Of a stretch of 64,000 nucleotides of DNA, positions 1-13,639 are shown in pieces. Origin of the DNA: Trichoplax sp. H2 (taxonomy: Eukaryota); assembly GCA_003344405.1 (NCBI GenBank), contig NOWV01000141.1, positions 1 through 64,000 of the forward strand, written 5' to 3'. Under the pieces are notes generated by a model. That model was not told the origin of the DNA. It made no database searches and worked only from the letters and a program-made list of their open reading frames with translations. Each line of letters opens with the position of its first letter. The first letter of the stretch is position 1. The position numbers were made by a program, and so were the translations under genes.

Positions 1-1304
1 TTATGCAAGCAGGAATAGATGTATTTAGGATTAAAGGTCAAGTAACTTAGAATGAAAACGTATGGTTTACCAACATCGACTGAAATAACTACAAATAATC
101 AAACAGGAGCTGATAAGGTAGCATTTCTATAATGCACAAAAGAAAATCAATATAAGTAAAATAGTCTTAACATAGCCAATTAGTTATTAGATTGCATGTA
201 AGTTCTAGTTTCCAATACTTACTAGCTACAATTATGAATGTATTTATTGTTGCTAATCTACTGTTTGAGCAGTGTATACTTGAAAAGCTTATCGGACTTG
301 CACTCTGTCGTAGATTTAATACCGATATTTCATCAGTCTAATACGATGAAGAGTGTAGATACTTTATAATAGAAAAAGCAAACGCAGTTCAAGGCAACAT
401 TAGATTTCCCTCAATTCGCCATAAATTGCATGATTGAAACCGAAGAATATCTCTTTAAGCGCAGCTGATATTTAGCTCTAATATACTGCAGCTCGTCAAA
501 CCAGTAGAACATAACTTTGTATTATTTTATATGTCTGCAGCAAAATACCTTCAAAGAGATTTTTACGTTTAATACGATAGATATGTCTTTAATATCTTGT
601 ACATTTGAAGCTATCATCATTTGCTCAAATATTAGTTATATTTAGTAGAATCCACTGATTGTGATATTTTGCATACCAGTTAGATGAGTGGAACATTTAG
701 TAAATTGTAGTACCAGTACTATAGCGTATGGAAGAGATTTTGATACAATAGTTTTGAAGCAAATTATTATATAGTTATGAAGGAAAATACTGCAACAGTA
801 AGCCTGATCGGTAAGATACATAGTAAACTGGGAAGTACTTAAAGTAAAGGTACTAAATCACGTCTATGGAGATTTCTACACGCGAAATAGACATGAAAGT
901 GTGCACTGTACATCTTGAGACATATTATAAGCGCAACACATACTGACTATATATAGGTACAAATTAATTTTATAGGCGATATATACGAATATCATTTTAT
1001 TTGTAATCGTCTATCTAATATAACATTTGGATTTGTAATGCATGTAGCAAACATGTAGATTGTTAGATTAGCCTCGTTATATATTTTTCTTTAAGCTACT
1101 TATATGTTAATATATATCATTCATGCCATTATAAATTCCACCGTGCATGTTAGATGTCTTCTCATGTTTTGTAACGGTAGACGTTTGTAGTTTGATAAAT
1201 AGCCGTCCTCTAGCCATAAAAATAACCAATACATGTATCTTCGCAAATATTTGTAGCTGCTATCAAATTTGACTTATAATGTTGGTTAAAGCAGTACAAA
1301 TCTT

Positions 1305-4300
1305 TCAGTCAGCAACAGTGGTAGTAACCGTTTCATTGCCATTGGCTTGCAACTTATGCAAGACTTGCTTAGTCAATTTATTAGTTTCAAAATGATTCGA
1401 ATGGCTGATAATTTTAATATCTGACTTCATATCTTCGATCAATTCTCTTAACTGACTTATTCTACAAAATAATTGCAAACATTAATTGTAATATAATCGG
1501 CGTGTTCAACAACGTAATTCTTACTCTGTTCGTTGTCGGAAAACGAAAGCCTTTAAACTTTTACAATCAAAGTCTTGATTAACTTGATCTTTTTCCTCCT
1601 GAATCATTGCTATATTATCGGTTAAAGAATGCCAAGTTTTCTAAATAGTGTTAAGAAGAATAGTGTGCTTCAAAATTTTTCTCGAAAATTTTTTTCAATA
1701 TTACATGACATAAATGCTTCATATATGTAGCTGACAAAGTATGATAACCAAGTGTGGCATACCCATCTTACAATAGGTATTTTATACCCAACCTAGTAAT
1801 ATTAGGCAATATAGTTTAATTTAAGGTCCAATAGTATATCCCCTAGGGAAGGTAAACATTGCCTAATAAACTTAGGCGGTTAATTATTTCACCTAGGTAT
1901 GCTATGCCTTCCTTGCATAATATTACGCAAAGTGTGCATACATTTTTGAACTAGCTTTAAGTAATATAGATCTAGCATGTACCCAAGTATTTTTGTGTTG
2001 ATGATAATTATAACTTGCACTTGGGAACAAGCATAAGAAATTACCGATATCTTAATTAAGTAACTATACAGTATCCAATTATCATTTTCATCGTATTTTG
2101 TGCTATTGACCGCCCTATTGCTAACAAAAGCAGGCTGAAATTTTGATCATAGAAATTAAAATTATTTCCTTGCAATGATATCTATACCGCCTAGTTAATT
2201 TTACCTTTTGCAAATAACTCGAATTTTTATCTTTTCTGATCGTTAATTCTGGACTGTGCATAATCTTCTTAAGACACATTGGAAATGATTCATAAGCTCC
2301 AATAATTGACTCATTCTGAGTTTTAGCTTGGTTTAGACTAGCTGTTTCCCTAACTTCGTTAATATCACCCACGGCAAGACCAATCTAAGTAATTTTAAGA
2401 CGCTTAATGAAGTTAGACAACTATTCAAGTGAATTAATATCCTCCAAAAGTGTAGTACATCTGGTTAATATCTAGATCATTCAATGACTTTTTTCTAAGT
2501 CAAAATTTATACTCTTACGGCTATTCATGATAGTGATTAAACATTTTAAAATCAATAAGTAATCCTTAAGACTAAAATTAAAGCCTGTAATACGTTCAGA
2601 TTGTATTATAATAAGCGTAAATAAACCTTATTGACGGTTATAATGAGGAAATTTAAATACAGATTCATGTGGGTTATCTTTATAAAAAGCAACGGCGAAA
2701 ATTACCATTATAGCTTAATTAATCGAATGTATTATCTGTATTTTCATTTCTTCTTGGATAACTGCTGCATTGATTTTATTGATACTTAAACTATTCCTAA
2801 TCTCTGAAATCTTACCAATAAATTCGCAAATGCAATATTAACAATAATAGCCATGGCTGCAAAAAATATTAATTCTATTTTAAATCCCGTAAGTCTGCCA
2901 GTATTAATTAACTGCTGCAAGGAGCTGGCATAATTAAGCTCTCCGACAGACATGGTCAACACAGCAACTAATGCAGAGTCAAATTGATAGAAAGTAGCCT
3001 GTATTTGTAAAATTAAATAAATTTAGAGGATAATACTAAAACAATATGCGATCGGTTGAGCAAGATAGCGTTTGTTTTAGGCTACGTGATTAATTACTTC
3101 AATAAGAATTACAGTGAAGCGTAAAAATGATTATAAAATACGCCTATATAGGTGCAAGTTAAGATCTCTTTACCTCATCATGTAAAATTGTTGCAAAAGC
3201 TCCAGCAAATGCCAAAAGTAACAGCAAAAAGACAACTGAAACTTTGATGATGGTCGTAATGGTAGCCATAAGCATCGAAATATACAGACCTAATCCAGAA
3301 AAACTAGAATACAGTCATTAATAATCGGCTTACAGTATGTCATGATAGCCTAATATAACAACTCTGAATTCGATCCATTCAATCATTCGCACTCTAAAGA
3401 CTAATTCACAATTCTAATCATAACAGTGTTTCTAATTGATAGCATATCAAATAATACTATAGATGTTATACTATACATAATTTCGCAAGAATGCATGTAA
3501 TGCTCTCAGCTAATTGTAGCAGTACAGTATGTAGCTAATAGGATGAGACGGTACACTTGTACGGATTCAAATTTTGGGTTACGTAGGCAAACCAACAGTA
3601 ACAGCAGGAAAATATAACTCGGTCATTACAGTACAGTATCTGAAACTTACTATTATAGCTATCTGTATTAAGATATAAGATTTCCGTTAGTTATTTTAAT
3701 ACAGTTTCTACGTTGTAGACTCAATAAAATAGTAATCCATTCTGATTTAAATAAAGTAGCATACTCAGTTATGTATAAACTCTGCAATTTATAAGTCTAT
3801 AGAAGAGGTTATAGAGAAAGTATTTATCTAAATGTATTTTTGTAATATATCATTCCTGGAATGATTTATCGACTGTGATCTAATTTGTAATAATGTTATC
3901 GCTTAGTTGATATTTATAAGAGGACGTTCATAGCCTGATAGTTTTGTTCAGCTGTACAGTGGGATAGCTTTAATAATAAAATTTTAATTTAATACTCTAG
4001 CTGTACTAGATGAATCGAGAGATTTCTAGCAGGTTTATCTTGTTTAAAGTAGCTGATTCCTCATAACACAAGAATCTTACGTATCTATTTGATCATTAAG
4101 TTAGTCTTACCTTCTTAACAGAAATATGACGTTGATGAATAAGCAAAGAGTAAGTAATGCTCCAATCCGAACACTCTCATAATTGATGGGCTTATTGAAC
4201 GGTAGAGCGTATAGCAATCCAAGAACTGCTATAAACAGTTCAAACATAGATTGCTTCAGAAAATAATAAATAATTCGCCTCTATAATTAAAAGAATAAGT

Positions 4301-7300
4301 AACAGAATCTTATAAGACAGAACATATGATTTCAGCGCGTATACTTTTTGATTAAAATTTTTCACTTAAGGCCTTCATGACATATTTTAAATTTAACGTC
4401 AATCTATAACTATGGAGATGAGTCTAATCTTACATTTTAGTTTTAAATCAGACTTAGTGTACTGATCAATACTTACTCCAGCAATAAGAAAGAAGCTAAT
4501 GGTAGAGAGCATAATCATAGCCGTAATAAAAACGACAATGTTTCTAATTGGTACTCCTGGTCTGGCCTAGAGAGCCAATAGCATGGTTAACGTAGCAAGT
4601 ATAAGATCATATTAGTAATCTAGAAATTTACTAATTTTAAGATAATACACTAGTCCGTCGGTGATTTAATAAATTAACTGAGAATACCGATTAAAAGCTA
4701 AACTAGAGATAATTGTTTAATTTGTTGTTGAGAAAACAACCTGGATTTTATTATAACCTTACCACATTAGCGTAGAAACCACTAGAAGCATTTGTATTAC
4801 CCACTAAAATCAAGAAATCTGCATTATTCATAGCGATAGGAATGCTAAATCCAATTAAGTAAAGAATGTCCAAAAAAATCTGGCCGAAATACATAGCTCG
4901 ACGACCTGTTTTCCTACGATTGCAAAGAATGTATTATAATTGCGAATCTATATTTCTTATTAAGATTTCAAGTAACGATTTAATCTAGAAATTTATACAT
5001 ATTTGATATAAGGTTATATTTTGTTTTTTTCATGACCAGTAAAAGTATAAAGTGTTCATATTCTTTTTCTGTATTATTTAGCACAAATTATCATACGAAG
5101 GAGTAGATCAATTTTAAGATTTTTATTTTACAAATTACCACTTTTGGTAGACATATGCGGTAATTAGGGGATGTTTCATTAGCCTTACACGATCGAGAGA
5201 ACTTATTGTCTGCGTCGTAAACCGTTATGATTGTTAGTCATAATAAAGTGATAACTTGGTATTAACAAAATTCTATGATTCAGAGTCAAGCTTTTTTTCT
5301 TTATGCTTAGCTACGATAAGATACAGCATATCGTTACAACATAATATAATCCTGTATCATCTTGTCAATCTACATAGATGTGCCTTTTAAATAAAAGAGA
5401 TTCTTACATCTAGTGCAATGTATTTATCTTTAACATCTTGCAAATGGATATCATCGGGTGGCGATTCAAGATATGTAAACTTAAAGGCAACCTAAATTAA
5501 AAAGAACAGAAGCTTAAGCAATTTGCACGATATATGCGTATGATAAAAATACGATTTACACGTAAAATGATTTTATTTGAATATAAATATTAGACATTAA
5601 TTTATAATGCTAATGTTAATTTAAAATTAATTAAATAGTAGAAATACAAGTAGAACGCCTAGATATCTTAATTTTATCACGTACAATCACTTACAGCATA
5701 CTGACTAAATTGTCTGATTAGATGTTAACACTCGAACAGATTTAAAAATACTAGTATTTAAAGATTCGATTTAATACTTAGGATTATACGACATATGAGA
5801 GCATTAGTGTATCAAGTATGATTATTATCGTGTACTGACTGCAATTTCCTATTCAGATATCGAAGCTACAGTATAATTATGCCCCTATGTATAATGCTAC
5901 AATTTCTCCTCATTAGCCGTTTCTGTACCAGAGAGTATGAATCCATGATAAGGAATGTAGTTTATCTAATATTACATTGCAACTTTACGATAAATTAATA
6001 GTATAGTTCAATAGAATTCGTTCACTACTACTAAACTAGAGTATTTATGTGATTTGTATAGTTCAGGAGCTGCTTGAAAGTATCATCTGTTCAATTACAT
6101 AATCCTGATATATAGTGATGTGGTATGATCAGACTTCACTGTAGTCTTTAGCTTATTCTTACATATAGATAGAAATTTTGTATTGTACCGAATATAGACA
6201 GCTTTATAGTCTATTTCTACTATACTCAAATATAGCTTGTTATGTTTAGTTATTTATAGCACCTACAGCCTTCGCTGTTTTCTATAATCATTTACTATTA
6301 ATCTATCTTTTTATGGTAAATGCCACATCCAATTCTACAATCCTGTTCTCTGCATGTGTTCCATCTCTTAATCTATAAATACTGATGATTTCTGCCTCAT
6401 ATTTGTCAGTTGCACTAGTCGTAGTGTAGTACTTCCTCACGTTACTTCAAGACAGCTTACACGCTGATCTACGGTTACTACCAAATTGTCCCTCCGTTAC
6501 TATCTACAATAAAGTATCCACTTTTATTAAAACTCCTTGCATAATTTTTGTGAATGGCTACTAAGTTCGTAGCCACTGACTCTTCGAACCATCCATCACA
6601 AGTTATTCATTTTCTGCTATAAATCTAAATGAATGGACATTAGTCTATCTAAAGAATAATAAAAGAACTCAATGAAAGCCCATATATATCGTAAACTGTC
6701 CACTAATTATATTCGAATAATCTCCTCTCGAATTTTTATAGAAAATTTTAATCAATTTAAATAATGGCTGAATTGATTCGTTGAACTCGTGATCATTGCA
6801 GCCTTCTGCACCAACAATTATCAAATTACGGTAAATTCAAAGTGCTACCTACCTGCTTCCATTCATCTTTTCCATAATTACTTTTAGTATAAGTTATTGA
6901 TCTGTCCATAATAGCCTAAGTATAAATATACAAGTTTACAACATCAGAAAAGAGCATTCATGCACAATGTTATCGTAAGTTTTTAGTTGTTATTGAGCTG
7001 TTTACGAGTACTTTTTAGTTTCTCATATTAACTAAGCGTGTCAATCTAATCTTCTACTGATTTGAAAAAGTTGAGATTTATGAAAGTATTAGGGAGTTTT
7101 AATCATCATTTATACTATTTCTTAGGATCGTACTTCATAGTAACATTAAGTAGTAATATAGAATGCACTCTTTATATAGAATCTTCACCTCTGCAGCAAG
7201 GGGTAGGCGTTCTATTAATCGCTTCATTGGATTGTAACCATCAAATGCCCTATTACTCATAACCTTTTCCCAGCTACCATTTCATGTAAAGTTGCATGGA

Positions 7301-10300
7301 AGACATATAATGAAATCAAACTTAAAGCATAAGACTGATTTATGTCAATTTTTCCTTATAATTTCNNNNNNNNNNNNNNNNNNNNGTTATATCGCTAAGG
7401 GTGGCCACTGGGCCTTTAAATTTTGATTTCATGTAATATTCTGATGAAAATTGAATAAACATAGAATCTTTATAGAGTTTTCTATACAGCCATTTTGATT
7501 GCTACATTTTTTTATAACGGTATAACGAAATTTGAATTGGTATAGAAATGAATGATCTCTAGGATTTATGTAAATATTATTGAGAAGGTAGAAGTGATTG
7601 ATACACATCAGTAGGTACTATTAGTTCTATTGCTCTCTTGCAATTCGTAGTGTTATCCTACTGTAGTTCCCCTGTCCCAATTACTTTTGATTTCTATACT
7701 GTATATAGTAACCATCCTTATTCGGTAAACATACTAATACGAAAGTCACTTAACGAAATTTGAAAAGTGATTGATACACATCAGTAGGTACTCTTAGTTC
7801 TATTGCTCTCTTGCAATTCGTAGTGTTACCCTACTATAGTTCCCCTGTCCCGGTTATTTTTGATTGCTATATATCATATTACAAAAAGTATTTCTAAGAG
7901 GATAATGTTCGTTAGTCAGCGATCTGATAGTTACTGAACCTCTGTTAAATGAGCACATTATCGTAAACCGTCAGTAAAGCGACGGGAGTTTGCACTAGTT
8001 TATACTATTTCTTAGGATCGTACTTCATAGTAACATTAAGTAGTAATATAGAATGCACTCTTTATATAGAATCTTCACCTCTGCAGCAAGGGGTAGGCGT
8101 TCTATTAATCGCTTCATTGGATTGTAACCATCAAATGCCCTATTACTCATAACCTTTTCCCAGCTACCATTTCATGTAAAGTTGCATGGAAGACATATAA
8201 TGAAATCAAACTTAAAGCATAAGACTGATTTATGTCAATTTTTCCTTATAATTTCGTCTTAATTTTAAATGAGTAGACTAATGTGATTGTAAAAAATAAC
8301 TTACTATTTTGTTTCAATGATAGCTAGACCAATATCTTTGTAACGGAATTCGCAAGCAATATCTAAGCAGTTTTGGCCCTTATCGTTTAAGTTAGATGGA
8401 TCTGCGCCATTTTCTAATAATAATTTAGCTGCTTCTGTATTTCCTTTCTCGCATGCAACCAGCAATGGTGTTTTCTAGATAATATCAAATTATTCAATTA
8501 AAGCAGAGATAGAGGTATGATTATACTGTCGCCTAATAATTTTCTAGAAAACTATATCATAATTATTCAAGTAGCATTTTGTATATGGATGTAGTAGTAT
8601 ATGCCTCAACGAAAGATAGTAATAAGTTCTATGAACTGCTTCATATAATAGCCAAATTTGGAATTAATAAGGTAGATTTTAGATAACCCGCATATCTACA
8701 GTTTCTATTGAGTAAAGCATCCCAACATCTACTGCATATTGTAGCAACTACTATTTAGCTATAACCTTTGCCTCATTGAAAGCATCAACAGTTGCTTCAT
8801 TAGATAGTAAAAGTTTGACACTGGTCTCAGAGTCGCAACTGGAGGCATAATGTAAAGAAGTCCAACCGGAATTATCCCTAAGAGAGGAATAAAATGTTTT
8901 AAGATGCAGACGTAGCTAGTACAGTGCTGCATAAAACCAAGAAAGTAATTTAACAAACACCTTTGAACTACATAGTATGAATTACGACTGTCTATAATAC
9001 TACGGGACTGAATAAAGTAGATATGCATAATCTGCGATGAGCTATCATCTACTTCATAATATAGCTAAAGCTACCTGGAATTAACACTAGCTCCACGTTT
9101 AATTAAAATATATATAACTCGATTATTGCCATTCATTGACGCTAAATGTAAAGGTCCTTGCCCCAGAAAATTGCGCGCATTGACGTTTATAAAGGGCATA
9201 TGATCGATAATTATTTTAACTATATCACGATGATTGTTCATTGCAGCTAAATGTAAGATATTATTGCCATTGCAATCCCGATGCTGCTTGGCGAATTCTT
9301 GAAATCGTCCCACCATATGCTTTAAAATCTATAAATTATTCAACATACACTTGTTAGGTTTTCTAGCCTAGTCTACAGCATCTACTCTATCTAATTTCAT
9401 TTATGTTCTCCAATTAAAGATCTTCTATATCAATTAAAATAAATTATAGTAAAGGGCAGCTACAATCATGGATTGTCCTCTTACCGGAACACGTCCTGTA
9501 ACCGCAGCTGTTAATATCGGAGTATATCCGGCGGTATCACGAACATTGATGAGATCTAATCCGCTATGCTAAATGTTATTTCTAAGGTGTTATTTCGTAG
9601 CATATAAAAATTAATGTTATAAACTTAAAAGCCTGCAACTTACTTCTAAAATGATAACTGCAGACTCATTATAGTCCATTTCTGCAATTAAATGGAGGCA
9701 TGTCTTGCCATCTTTATCTTGTTCGGAAGTACTAGCACCGCTTTGTATTAGAGACTGTAATGCAACGACGCAATCGTGGCTGGCTGCTACCATTAATGGC
9801 GTTTGAGAATTTATGTCTTTAACTTCAATCAGGGCTCCCTATTTGAAATATTGTAAGCGTATCGTGTTCGATTTGGATGTTTGAATCGAATTTAAAAGTG
9901 CTTTATGCGTGGTCTTACGTGGTTTAGCAATAGATCCATTAGTTTTGCATTATTACTTAAAGCAGCGTAATGTAAACATGTTTTGTTTTTCGAATCAGAA
10001 ACATTAACTTTGGCACCCTTATTGATTAAAATTTCTGCAATTTCGCAATATCCATTTAAAGCCGCCAAATGTAACGGTGTCAATAGCTCAGGCTATATGA
10101 ATTATAAGACAAAGTATATATATACCGTATATTAAAGATTTCAGACCATGATATAACAATTAAACCAAGAGGTGCAGGTGACGGATAAAATTGCGAACGA
10201 TATGCCATATTTTCACTAATTATAACATTTAATACTCCATAGCAGAAAAGATTTAGCGATGACTATCAGCGAATTAGCTCAATTTATCTCTTATATATTT

Positions 10301-13300
10301 ACCGTCTGACACTCTATATCTGCCCCAAAAGCGATACATAGTTCAGTATTCTGATAGAGGAAAGAAATTGCGAACATAATGATTATTATAAACGATCATG
10401 ATTGCTTCCATTTTGGAATCGTGAAGCACTTATTAAAATTTACTGTCTAGCATCTTATAACAGCATGAATAATCAATTACAATATAGCACTGTTGATAAA
10501 TTAATATCTGTGATATATCGAAACATAAGATAATATTTACCTCAATAGATCCTAAATCTACCGACAAATGGATTGCTGTCATACCAAATTTATTTGGAAC
10601 GCTAACATAATCTTTTTTTCCTTGTAAATTAGCTGATTAAGACATGCTCAGAGTTAGACACTGCTTATTTCTGCAAGTTCGATATGGTTTAAGCATTTAC
10701 CGAATTCCAGAATTATCTTCATAATTTCAGTCTTTCTCCGCTTCACAGCTAACAACAATGGCGTATGCCCAACTGCATCTTTTCTGTAAATATTGGCTCC
10801 ACATTGAAGCTAACGTTGAATAAAGAATTGCTATTGTCTACAATAATTCACACATTCCGTATATTTGGAGATAAGTGTAGTAAATTAAATTATAATTTGT
10901 TTTACTATACTCTTTATGAATTATCTATACGGTAAACGACTGTAATAGTTTACATAGATTAGAGTATGTTAGTGAGCCATGACTGATGATGAAACGGTGA
11001 AGTAACGTAGTATGAGTGAGTCTATTGCAACGACATATATAATAATTCTCCATGCAATAAACTACTATAACAGACGATATTCTAATTATTTTTTTACATT
11101 AATTAGGATCGAGATTCATAACAATTCGTAAGGACCTATCCATAACCTCATAATTTAATTTATAAGATATAAGTATTCACCCACAGTATATATCTAAAGA
11201 TTTAAATACGCTCTAATTTTACTTACCAATTTAGTAATAGTATCTTCTGAACAAGTTACTACTGATAAGTGCAGCGGAGTTGCCCTTTCTTTGTCGTAGG
11301 CGTTAATTATAGTTTCCGTTGCTTTAATGAGATCGGCTTCAAATAAAATTGTCTATAAAAGCAGTAGTTCAATTTCTCGTTACTTGACTATTTCTTTTTA
11401 ATTAGAGGGTACTTACGATTACGGAAAATCGAAAAGGGATAGACTACCTTGCTATGTTAAATTAAAAATCACCTTGACAGCTTCATTGCAGCCATATTCG
11501 CAGGCATAATGCAAAGGCATTCTGGCATTGCTATCAGCAACATCAAGCATAGCACCGTTTTGTACTAGGGCTTTGATTGCTACACATGCATTATACTTTG
11601 CAGCTAAATGCAATGCTGTTTCGTCGGCATTTTCAATGCTGATATCAATAGCTATATTATTGTAGGTAGTATGCATCAGTATCGACTTTTTATGGGCATG
11701 GCATATGCATATGTTGCTGTCTTATAATTGTGCAAAATAAACTATCGCCATCATTATTATCTGCCATTTTTCGATTAATTGTAATTCATGATATCTTGAT
11801 TTATCATGATAGGATAGTTCTTGAAAGCTAGAAGTTAATTATACTGTTAATAAATAGTAATAACGAATACCTGCTCCGTGATTTATTAGGCTGTTGACAA
11901 TTTCACCTTGATCATGGATAGCTGCATGATGCATAAGAGTTAAGCCATTTTCGTCTGGATAATTGATTCTATCCAAATAAAATCTTGACTTGAATGCCCG
12001 GTTCAAGTCTTTTAAGTTCCCCTTTATTGCTGCCTATATACCGTATCGAAAAAAAATGTAGGACCTGCTTTTTTAATTTGGGTTCTCGTCAATAGAAATT
12101 ATTAAAGTAGTAAACGTTGCTAAAATAAAATTATTATGATAATTAATTATATGTTCCTGAGCATTAATTTTCGTGACCTAACCATCTACAGAAATCATAC
12201 TATTGCCCGTCAAGAAGTTTTGAATGTCGATTTATTAATAAAAGTAATTAAAATCCTGCAACCAAACCATTTACTGATGGATAGTGAAGATGGCAAAGCA
12301 TGGATTGAAATCACAAATCATGAATCAACTAACTTGGACTGTTGCCTGATTATAGGCAATTTCCAGTCGACTGCATTCATTTAATATCTAATGGAATAGG
12401 TCCTAATATATGCTATTCTAAAGAGGGTGTTGATTTAAAATTCTCATATTATTGCAAGAGAAATTAAAGGTCAGCATAACAACATTTCTAATGCAGAAAT
12501 ACTAAAGACATCGTTATGATGATTGCATTGTAACGGCACGTAATCCCTTTCACACTTCATCTATGGTAATCTAAACTAAAATAAAAGCTGCTCAATATTT
12601 GAATCACTTGCATCTCCAACATTACATAGAGATGAAGTATTTTCGTACCACAATAACTATCTCATACTTCATCTACACTTATCTGAACTAGAATTAAAAC
12701 ACTTCAATATCTGAATGAATAGATCCCCAATATTATGAGAAATGAAGATCTTGTTGTGCCACAATATCCATCTCATACTTCATCTATGGTTATCTTAACT
12801 GAAATTAGAATTATTCAATATTCGAATCCATAGCATCTCTAATTTGATACAGAGATGAAGATCTTATGGATATTTAGCAATCCTTCCATTAGGGACAATT
12901 GGAAGTAAAATTTCCCCAAATTTGATTGTTCAATAAATAATGTTACAAAAGCATACTTGTATAACGTTGACAAGCCTTATACTCCTTTCAATTTAAAATA
13001 ACCTCTATATATCAAGTTAGTTTTAATGTCAGTATTCCATATTAGAGTATGTCTGAGTAGCTAGACTTACATCATATACGTCAATTCCGCTCATTTTAAC
13101 CATGGCTAAGTTTAAGCTTACTGATGATCCTACACCAATATTAGAAGTTTTTCTTTGACAAGCTCTGCCAGGTACTGAATTGAAGCTGCTAGAATGATCA
13201 GTAATTCTCTTTTTAAAGGGCCGATAACACATAGTTGTTTCTTCTTCTTGATCATTATTGGCAGTATCAGACATAGTATGGATCTTCTTTATTTTTGTCA

Positions 13301-13301
13301 T
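1305..13301 (-). CDS. TRPA1-like ankyrin-repeat cation channel, paralog A (spliced, about 25 coding exons)
   Basis: Manual splicing gives exon 1 13301-13071 (MTKIKK...DVYD|gtaagt), then ankyrin exons (TALHLAAKYN, TPLHLAALNG, NILHLAAMNN, TPLLVACEKG; about 16-17 repeats). Pre-S1 reads WEKVMSNRAFDGYNPMKRLIERLPL and LMKHPLITAYVYQKW. S1-S6 follow, with pore VLTMSVGELNY, S6/TRP-like NIAFANLLIGLAVGDINEV, and a coiled-coil exon ending TVAD-TGA at 1307-1305. All junctions checked were GT-AG and in frame. Confidence 0.93.
6048..6600 (+). mobile_element. Candidate solo LTR (553 bp) in an intron of TRPA paralog A
   Basis: Termini TGTGAT...ATCACA form a perfect 6-bp inverted repeat of TG..CA type. TATAAA at about 6374 precedes AATAAA at about 6508. 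Flanks ATTTA/AGTTA match 4 of 5 as a possible TSD. This intron is about 1.36 kb, versus about 0.28 kb in paralog B. Confidence 0.55.
7109..7365. repeat. Near-identical copy of 7999-8255, including the TRPA exon WEKVMS...PLAAE (7189-7273, equivalent to 8079-8163)
   Basis: Direct comparison shows a single-T indel difference; the copy ends at the N-gap 7366-7385. Confidence 0.95.
7386..7998 (+). mobile_element. 3' portion of a Helitron-like element (5' end lost in the gap)
   Basis: Subterminal hairpin CCGTC-AGTAAAGC-GACGG (7968-7985), then 9 nt, then terminal CTAG (7995-7998) followed by T. The duplicated copy shows the empty site ...CATCA|TTTATAC (7108/7109), i.e. an A|T insertion with no TSD. 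There is an internal ~105-bp direct repeat (about 7592-7697 and 7765-7870). Confidence 0.75.
12552..12866. repeat. Degenerate ~111-bp tandem repeat (3 units) in intron 1 of paralog A; second copy at about 15871-16168
   Basis: The motif ACTTCATCTA...CAATAT..GAAT...AGAGATGAAG recurs at about 12554, 12666 and 12777. Confidence 0.7.
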
Positions 13302-13625
13302 TTTGAAAAAAGAAATTTTAGCTACAGTATAAGCTCAGCATTAAGCTGTAGATTAGTTGATGATCGATAAAGGTTTGCTTTCTAAGCTGTTTTTACAAAT
13401 GGATTTGCAACTCAATTCAATTCAATACTAACTAGCTGCAGGAAGAGACAACTCACTTTATCTCTAACTATCGAGCAATCGTTTGTTTCGCCAGCCTACA
13501 GTGAATTATCTCGTTTCAGAATATGCGAATAAACACTATTTACTCCCTGGAACTCAAACATTTAATTAGCATATCAAGCTGAATTTATAACGATGTAGGT
13601 AATTACTTGAGGATTAAGTTCGATG

Positions 13626-13639
13626 GTTGTTATGGAGAC
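13626..13639 (-). promoter_or_regulatory. RFX X-box upstream of TRPA paralog A
   Basis: Minus strand GTCTCCATAACAAC matches GTHNYYATRRNAAC exactly, 325 bp upstream of the ATG. An identical copy lies at 16928-16941 in the duplicated block. Confidence 0.7.

Noticed and set aside
1791-1876. Inverted repeat TATTAGGCAAT/ATTGCCTAATA in a paralog A intron as a MITE
   Set aside because: The match is only about 11 bp, with no TSD and no second copy in the window.
7189-8163. Mutually exclusive alternative exons
   Set aside because: The copies look identical including intronic flanks, a gap separates them, and the Helitron filled/empty-site pattern explains them better as two alleles.
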